A stretch of 64,000 nucleotides of DNA from Eledone cirrhosa (Eukaryota). The stretch spans positions 1 to 64,000 of the forward strand of contig CAXHJY010001743.1 of assembly GCA_964016885.1 (NCBI GenBank), written 5' to 3'. The notes under the pieces are model-generated. The model did not search any database, was not told the origin of the DNA, and worked only from the letters and a program-made list of their open reading frames with translations. The position numbers and the translations under genes were made by a program. This document shows positions 55,434 to 64,000 of the stretch, piece by piece. How positions within the stretch are numbered: position 1 is the first letter of the stretch; the number at the start of each line of letters is the position of its first letter.

Positions 55434-55585
55434 ATATGACAACAACCAACAACAACAACGGCAACACCACCACCAGCACCAACAAGAGCACCAACAAAGA
55501 CACCATCTGCACCACCACCACCAACAACAACATCAACAACAACTACAAAACAACATCAACAACAGTTATTCGACCAACTAATAAT

Positions 55586-55775
55586 TGTTTCTACTTTTGG
55601 CACAAGGCCATCAAATTACACCAGTGTATTACTGGTACTTTATTTTATCGACCCCGTAAGGATGAAAGGCAAAGTTAACCTCGGCAGGATTTGAACTCAG
55701 AATGGCAAGGGCCGTAACTCTACGCGTCAAAGCATGGCGTCCGACCCTCTACCGATACTACCAATCCATCGCCCT
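55586..55775 (-). mobile_element. Meta-like tRNA SINE
   Basis: Same head and core as the other copies. Confidence 0.85.
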
Positions 55776-56249
55776 TTCGATCATTCGAACAACTAATAAT
55801 GTTATGTCAAACGCTTGACCAATATAACAGATTTCACAGCCATTTGTGACCATCAATCAAAATAATAATAATAATAATAATGTTGTTGATAGGGATGATG
55901 ATGATAATAATAACATAAGTTATAAAAGCCATACAGGGATCGATTCACCACGCCTTATATAACACCTGTTACAGCAGGAACGGTATACGTAGTGAAGGGA
56001 ACAGCTCACGTGAAGTGGGGGACAGGGACGGGTGGGGGGAAGTGAAAGTGATATAGGATATAGGAGGTAGATGGGCTAGATATGTTGTTGGGGGAGGGGA
56101 TGAAGGAGGGGGAGGGCAGTAAGAGAAAGGGAGGGAGGCAGCACGAGAGGGAGTGGGAAGGGAGAGAGAGCGGGGTAGAAAGGAAGAGAATGGAGAGAGG
56201 AAGAAAGAGAGAGAGAAAGACGGAAAGTGGACGAGAGAGAATGGTAAGT

Positions 56250-56319
<70 letters not shown>

Positions 56320-56493
56320 TATGTGTGAGCGTGCGTGAGTGTGTCTGTGTGTGTATTCATATTATATGTATTTATGAATAAAATGACAGAGAAAGAAATG
56401 AAAAGAAAGATGAAAAAGAAAGAAAGGAAGGAAAAGAAAAAGAGAGAGAAGGTGAAAGAGATAGAATCCGACAGAGAGAGAGAGAGAGAGAGA

Positions 56494-56531
<38 letters not shown>

Positions 56532-56679
56532 AGAGAATCAGATAAAAATAATGGAAAATATATCTAAAAGTACAGAAGAAACCACACAATATACATACAT
56601 ATACATACATACAAACATGCATACATACATACATGCATGCATACATATATACATACATACATGTATACGTACATACATA

Positions 56680-57158
56680 TCAAAGATTAGCGAAAAGGAG
56701 AATATTTATGCAGAACTGATGAGAAATCTGCAGATACTCCACCCTGATTACACCTTCAGATTTATGCCTGTGATTATTGGGGCACTGGGGTATGTTAGTA
56801 ACTGCCTCAATACAAATCTTGAGAAGCTAGGCTTCACAGGAACAGAAAGAACACGACTAGTTAGGAAATTAGAAGTAAAAATTACAAGAACAGTAAAAAT
56901 ATGCAAAACATTTCCAAAATTGTGCAACTAATAACTGCATATACACATGTACAGATACATAGCATATACACATGCACACATACAACTCAAAACATACACA
57001 TACACACATACAATAACATCCATATCTATACATGCATGCATACATACATATCTACCTAGTTGATGTTATGTAAATTCCAATGACAGTCTTGTGTCTATCT
57101 TAGAAACCGACTCTCTCTCTATTGGTAAAAATTTGTGAAATTATAAAACCAGAAGAAC
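56680..57158 (+). mobile_element. R4/Dong-like LINE 3' fragment, second subfamily
   Basis: KISEKENIYAELMRNLQILHPDYTFRFMPVIIGALGYV aligns with the end of ORF 59244; (CATA)n tail. Confidence 0.85.
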
Positions 57159-57179
57159 ATACATACATGCATACATGCA

Positions 57180-57998
57180 TGTAGTGTTTGTACCAGTGTT
57201 TTCAAGTCGCTGGCTGGACTAAAAAGTCACACTCGTTCAGCGCATCGGTAGGGGTTCTCCTACATGGATATAAAGTAGTGGCTGTACTCGAAAACGAGTT
57301 GGCAGCCACCATGTATACATGTATGTATGTATGTATGCATACATGCATACATGCATGCATGCATACATACATACATACATGTATACATGGTGGCTGCCAA
57401 CTCGTTTTCGAGTACGGCCACTACTTTATATCCATGTAGGAGAACTCCTACCGATGCGCTGAACGAGTGTGACTTTTTAGTCCAGCCAGCGACTTGAAAA
57501 CTCTGGTACAAACACTACACTTGTGACAATTATTGACACACAGTGCTGGGCCCATGGTACCATATGACGACAAGTGCAGAGAGATCTCCAGATATAAAGC
57601 AATGCCTGTGCTGTGAAGCTTTTATAGTGAGCAAAGGCACTGCACAAAGCCAGTCCCACTCTCTTAACCAAGATGATATTTACCAAAAAGAAGAACAAGT
57701 CAACATCATTGGATACCATCAGGGTTGCAGGTGTTATATCAGAGTTTTCCTTCTCCTAGAATTCTGCCTTGACAAAGGCTAAGGGGTCATCTCTCCCGGT
57801 GATTTTGGATGGCCATTGACTCTTAAGAGCTCCTTTGCCCTTTGACAGGTTTTGTTTTTAGTCCTGCAGGATGTCCAAAGTCACCCTCCTCACCAAGAAA
57901 CCTTGGTGAGGTTGCCAGTTTAGTCGCCAACGACCCGACCATGAGACAGGTTGTACTTGGATACATGTTACCAATAGCACCAACTGGGGACCTGACAC
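57180..57998 (-). mobile_element. Family Y1 full copy (57386-57998, -) tail-to-tail with an inverted 3' fragment (57180-57312, +)
   Basis: Reverse complement of 17035-17643. Confidence 0.88.
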
Positions 57999-58180
57999 AC
58001 TGTATGTATGCATGCATACTACGTACGTACGTACGTACGTACATACATACATACGTACATACATACATACATACATACATACATACATACATACATACAT
58101 ACATAAATACATACATACATACATACATACATACATACATACATACATACATACATACATACATACATACATACATACAG

Positions 58181-60770
58181 AAAGACAAAAATATAAGTCA
58201 ACAGCACATAACGGCAAGTGCTAAATAGATTGTTTGCCAGAGATCCTAAATCAGTTTATCGCAGCTTCGGTGGCAAAAGCTCAATCTCTGTAAATGACAC
58301 CCCTTCAAAAGAACAGGTTGAGAGCTACTGGAGATCCGTACGGGAAACGGATGATGGATTCAACAGACAATTAAATGGCTAAAAGTACTGGAACAGGACT
58401 ACTGCCAACATGTCCAGACAAAACAATATGACATAGATGGGTCAATACTGGAAACAGCTCTACAGAAAATGTCGAATAGGAAATCGCCAGGCCCAGACGT
58501 CATTACAGGATACTGGTTGAATAATTTCACTTTCTATCGGCAAAATCTCATAGGGCTGTTTACAGAAACCATTAAAGGCACACAAGTACTGCCCAAATGG
58601 TTATCAACTGCCACTACTCTCTTCATTCCCCAAAATAGCCAAACCACCCTTGCTAAAACATCATGTATAAATTATATACTAGGTGCCATAACCTGTTCTT
58701 ACAGGATCATTGTGTTACGAACAACATTATAACACCTGAGCAAGCTGGTGGAAAGAGGGAGGTGTGGGGTTGCATAGATCACCTACTAACAAATAAAATG
58801 ATTCAAGAAAAAACAACAAAGAATCGCAGAAACATGACTGTGGTGTGGCTGGACTATCAAAAAGCATTTGATAGTGTACCTCGTGCGTGGATTGTTAAGG
58901 ATTTACAGTTATACAAATTCCCACAACCATTGGTAGCTGCTGTTGAACGCCTGACCAAGAACTGATACACCAATTTGATCCTTAGAGGTGAGAAGGAGCA
59001 GGTTAAGACTGATAAGATACATTACCAGAAGGGCAACTTTCAGGGTGATAGCTTGTCAGTGCTACTCTTCGTTCTCTCACTAAATCCACTATCTTACCTT
59101 CTGAGGAAACAAGGTGGACAAAGAAGTGGGTCCAGAAGTATCTCCCATCTTTTCTTTGTTGATGACCTGAAGTTGTATGGGCCAAATATCAATGACATCA
59201 AGAAACAATTGGACCTCATTACATATTTTCAACAGACATCAAAATGAAATTTGGTGAGTCCAAGTGTGCATATTTGGCAGTAAAACGTGGAAGAGCTGTG
59301 CCCTCCTCTAGAAATCTAGAGATGAACGGCCTGACAATACAACCTCTACAGTCAGGTGACAACTACAGATATCTTGGACAGGATGGGAATGTCAGATATG
59401 ATGGACCCATAAATAAGGAGAGAATCAGAACTGAATACCTCAGAAGAGTAAAGAAAATGTGGTCATCAGAACTGTCAGCATACAACAAGTACATTGCCCA
59501 CAATACTTATGCTGTGCCAATTCTAACGCCAACATTTGGCCTGCTGAACTGGTCATTGCAAGAACAAAGTGAGATGGATGTTAGAACTCGCAAATTTCTC
59601 AGTGTTACTGGGAACTTTAACATCAATGGTGATGTGGATAGGCTATACTTCTCACGCAAGGAAGGTGGCCGGGGTCTAAAATCCATATTAACATCATATG
59701 AGATTCGGATAGTAACACTTAAGCAACATCTTCAACAGAGGAAAAAGGTTGGCAACCATCTTGCCCAGGTTTATGAGCATGAAGAAAAAAGTATCATTAG
59801 GATAGCCACTGATCTGGAGGAGAGATATGGAATAAAGCCTGATATAAATCTCTCACACAGAGAAATCGGAAGATCCTATTCAATGTTCAAACAAGATGAA
59901 AAATTTGACCAAATTACAGAAAAAGTGGTGCATGGATACTTGAGACATAAAACACAGACTATAGAGGGGATAAACCATTTAAAAAGCCTGGCATGGAGTT
60001 CCGACAAGTTTATGACATCACACCTTGAGGGATATCTCTATGCAATACAGGAACAAAAACTCCCTACCAAATATCTGCTGCACAAAAGAGGAGGGCCATC
60101 AGCTGACAATAAATGTAGGCTATGTAAAACAAAGATCGAAGATGTGAGCCACATTGTTGCCAGCTGCGAAAGAATGTCATCTCGCTACTACCTCCCCATG
60201 CGACACGATGTGATAGCCAGAATCATCTGGAGAGCACTGAGGAAAACCAAATTAAAAACAAATGGTGAAGAATATGTTGAGGTAGATGGCCCTAAAGAAT
60301 ACTGGTGGAACCTGAAAATAAAAACTACCACCAAATTAAACCACAACCGGTCTGATATTGTTGTTTGGGACCACACATTGAAAACGTCCTCTGTTGTAGA
60401 GATCAGCTGCCCACTTGATGTCAACGTTGTCAGAAAAATACAGGAGAAGGAGGACATCTACGGACCATTGATGAGGAGTTTACAAATCCAGTATCCAAGA
60501 TACACCTTTAGCTTCATACCCATCATTATTGGAGCTACGGGTTATATACCAACCCGCTTGGACCAATGTATAACTGAACTTGGATTTGCGGACAAAGAAC
60601 GCAGCTCTCTAATTCATAGTCTACAAATGGCTGCGATAGCTGACACCTTCAAAATGTGTAAAACATCCTTGCGATTCAAGGGATGACAATTTCTTTTCTT
60701 TTACAACCTTGCCACCAGGAAGGTGGCCGGTCAAAAATATACTCGAAATTAAGAGAAAGAGATAATAATA
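58181..60770 (+). mobile_element. 5'-truncated R4/Dong-clade non-LTR retrotransposon (RT, CCHC, restriction-like endonuclease) in a (CATA)n array
   Basis: KSPGPD, EQAGGK, WLDYQKAFDSV, FQGDSLS, HLFFVDDLKLY, YRYLG, GGRGL, CRLC....EDVSHIVASC, RHD, NRSDIVV..VVEISCP; several frameshifts and stops before ORF 59244-60686. Confidence 0.92.
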
Positions 60771-60823
60771 CATACATACATACATACATACTACGTAGGT
60801 ATGTATATACATACATGCATGGT

Positions 60824-61272
60824 GGCTACTGAGCCGCAGGTTTTATATCGGAGTTATCCCAGTTTCCTAAGTTGCCTTCTCCTAGAAGAATGCCCTGACA
60901 AAGGCTAGGGGTCCTTCACTCCCAGTGGTATAACCGCGCGATAGGATATCTAGCCCGATTATTTCTATGACCCCGCGCGTATACATACACATGCATACAT
61001 GTACACACGCGTATACATACGTATATATATATACACACGCACACATACACGCGCATACATGTATATACATATTGACACATTTTTGGATGGCCGTTGACTC
61101 TTATGTTCTTCTGACCTTTGTCAGGTTTTGTTTTTTGTCCTGCAGGGTGTCCAAAATCCCCCTCCTCGCCAAGTAAACTTGGTGGGGTTGCCGGTTTAGT
61201 CGCCGACGATCCGACCATGCGATAGGTTGTACTGGGTTATATGTTACCAGTAACACTAAAAAATGAGATGAC
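60824..61272 (-). mobile_element. Family Y2 partial copy
   Basis: Matches 20401-20740. Confidence 0.8.
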
Positions 61273-61919
61273 ATACATACATAACAGAAAAGATATGTTG
61301 AAGAAGTTTCTGTACAAAACAGCAAATTCAAATCGTAGATTTTTGCCAAAATTTATTTAAATAGAATTTCTACATTAGCTAACACCCTTTCCCTCACTGA
61401 CGATGAACACACAATATCTGAAACTATGAGCCAAGAGTATATAAAAAAGGTATACATTTTAACATTAACGTTTGTATTTCAAGACCGGATTTTTAGTGTC
61501 ACGTGAATTGCAGTAAGTCTGTGTCAGTGACCACCCCAAAAAGAGCGTGACGAAAATGTTGATATCAGTAAAAAAAAATGTTAAATGTAAAAGAAATTTA
61601 ACAATATTATTTCTGCTTTCTTTTTAATGGTTCCCGTTTCTTTTCCAGGATGTCTTGCTTATGTTTCAACTCACTGTCTGAGATCAAGTCACCTGACTTC
61701 TTATTTTATAATTTGTTGTATAGTTCTGATATCGAGTCAATTTAATTATTTCAATTATTTTGTCTCTTGTAGTCATAGAGCAAAACTGGTTAAGGTCGAC
61801 ACCACACACAATCACATGCTTGTGAAAATATATATATATATATACGTATGTATGTATACACAATGTTTCTATTGCTCTTTCCAATTGCTAATACTATCTA
61901 TCGGTCGCCGCAACTCCAG

Positions 61920-62038
61920 GTAGAAGGAGCAACGTGAAATAAAGTGTCTTGCCCAAAGACATAACGCATCAACCGGTCTGGGAACCGAACTCAAAACCCC
62001 ATGATTGCGAATCCAATTCTCTTACCACTCAGCAACGT
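61920..62038 (-). mobile_element. tRNA-derived CORE-like SINE head
   Basis: TGCTGAGTGG A box, GAGTTCGGTTCC B box, TTGGGCAAGACACTT CORE-like motif. Confidence 0.65.
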
Positions 62039-62116
62039 AGATCGAAATAAATTATCTTGCTTTTATCATCGTGATCTCGTCTATCTTCCTGTCTCTACTT
62101 TTATCTCTCATTGTCT

Positions 62117-62150
62117 CTTCTGATGAAGGATAAACGTCCGAAACGTCAAG
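62117..62150 (+). ncRNA. Minimal hammerhead motif lacking a stem III loop
   Basis: CTT-CTGATGA-AGGA.TAAACG.TCC-GAAA-C-GTC-AAG. Confidence 0.6.
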
Positions 62151-62917
62151 TCACCTTTCCTACTATATCGAACGTTAAATAATAAATATCTTAGTTTTAG
62201 TTCAATACTTTATTTACCATTCTATGTGATAATCCTACTTGGGTATCTATCATTGATATTCCAAAGAAACATCCTATGAAATGGAACCTTATATGATGAC
62301 AACTATACCTATATATGTATGAGTTGTATCAACGGCATGATAGCAATGGAGCCCCTTCTCATTAAAATACAAAAGAAACGTGTGAAATATCACCAGATAG
62401 GATGTCAGTTAAACTTACTTAGGTATGAGATGTAACACCTGTAAACACAGGAGTTCTTATTATTAAAAGACCAGAGAAAGCTCATAGGTAAGCCTACATA
62501 GAGGTGAACAGACGTCACCTCTTTTCCGTGGGAGTAGCGGGAGTGATGAGAATGATGATATTGCGTTGTTTTTTTAATACATGTGTGGGCTGGAGGAGTC
62601 GAGGTTATGGAGGTGTGTTCATTAAGTAGTTATATAATTGGGTGTGGCCGAGCAATACGGTAATGAAAGGGGGATAGGGTAACGATAGGTGGTGGGAAGT
62701 TAAGTGGTTAAGTTTAATAGATTTAGTAGATGCGGAGACATATAATGAAATATATGAATGGACGTTAGAAGTGAAAAGTATATAGAACTGATTGTGAATA
62801 CTTTAAAAATAACTGTCGGGGGTCGTGATTAACTTCTTGCTGATTATTATATGAGAACAGCTGTGTGTGTGTGTGTGTATGGTGTGTGTGGGTGTGTGTG
62901 AATGTGTATGTGTGTGT

Positions 62918-62981
<64 letters not shown>

Positions 62982-63174
62982 AGAGAGAGAGAGATATAGC
63001 GTGCGCGCATGTGTGTGTGTGTGTGTTATCAGTGGAAGCGATTATGTAGCACTTGAGTGTTTATAAGGATAAAGGAATTCTAGTTTTTATTTAGGCAGCT
63101 AGTCATATATATATATGTTGTTATATATTATGGAATACTGTTGGCTTTTCGCTACAATGTTTTCTATACCTTTC

Positions 63175-63218
<44 letters not shown>

Positions 63219-63260
63219 TATATATATATATATACACTTATAAATATATATATATTTATA

Positions 63261-63311
<51 letters not shown>

Positions 63312-63404
63312 TGTCCCAAAAAGTGTATTCACGCTTTGATTACCTGTACAGGCAATATTTATTAGAATGCTGTAGATGTGTGAATGCATTTTTTCGATGC
63401 CCTG

Positions 63405-63473
<69 letters not shown>

Positions 63474-64000
63474 ATTTGACAATACTAAAGATATATGTGC
63501 GTGTGTTTGTGTGTATGTGTCTGTATACATAGACGTATCACGTTCGTTGTTATAGCAACATACGATGCTCTCCGGGTTTTACCACCAGCCTGTTGTTATA
63601 CAGCAAAGATTTTTAGTGATTTATTTATTGTTCTTAAAAAATTATTATATATGCAATTTTGTATATAAGTATAAAACGGTTATCTTTTAAAGTTCAGTAA
63701 TGCACCTCGCCGAGGTTTGCGTCCAAGATGGATGCCACGCTGGCCTTATTCCTAATACTTGTTAAACGGCAGAAACATTTATTTAGTGCAGAAAATATTA
63801 TTTCGTATCGTTGTTTAGACAGAGTTTAGCTTAGTTTCATTAGACCTTTGATTAAAGTCTTTCCGGTGATGATCACGCCGTAACTTCTGTATATCAACAA
63901 TTGTCCAATATTTCAGGTATTTAAGATTCAAGGCTAAGATTCTTGTATGATTTGACTGTTATTTCTAGCTGTTTCATTGCCTTTTCTGACACTAATGTAA

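Noticed and set aside
63690-63760. Possible promoter or first exon (CCAAGATGG YY1-like motif)
   Set aside because: Single short motif with no ORF or splice support inside the window

Overview
AT-rich eukaryotic (animal) intergenic or intronic DNA dominated by microsatellites ((TA)n, (CA)n, (CATA)n, (CT)n, triplets) and transposable-element debris. The repeat complement suggests an octopod cephalopod (inference). No host protein-coding exon, rRNA, tRNA gene or CRISPR array could be supported, and most ORFs in the track are microsatellite artefacts. Recognisable elements: RTE LINEs (one 5'-truncated copy with an open RT plus three C2H2 fingers, one degenerate near-full-length copy, several 3' fragments), R4/Dong-type RLE LINEs, a Tx1/L1 3' fragment, Penelope-like elements (GIY-YIG and RT fragments), bipartite non-autonomous RTE derivatives, Meta- and CORE-type tRNA SINEs, Helitron-like pieces, a Tc1/mariner remnant and MITEs. 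The main result is about 20 intact or degenerate type I hammerhead ribozyme (HHR) motifs from several families, nearly all next to (TA)n tracts. They include a non-coding retrozyme-like family with a ~480-490 nt tandem unit, and a family whose copies are fold-back palindromes pivoting on hammerhead stem II or ending at the predicted self-cleavage site. All ribozyme folds were read by eye and need computational and experimental confirmation. Coordinates are approximate to a few bases.
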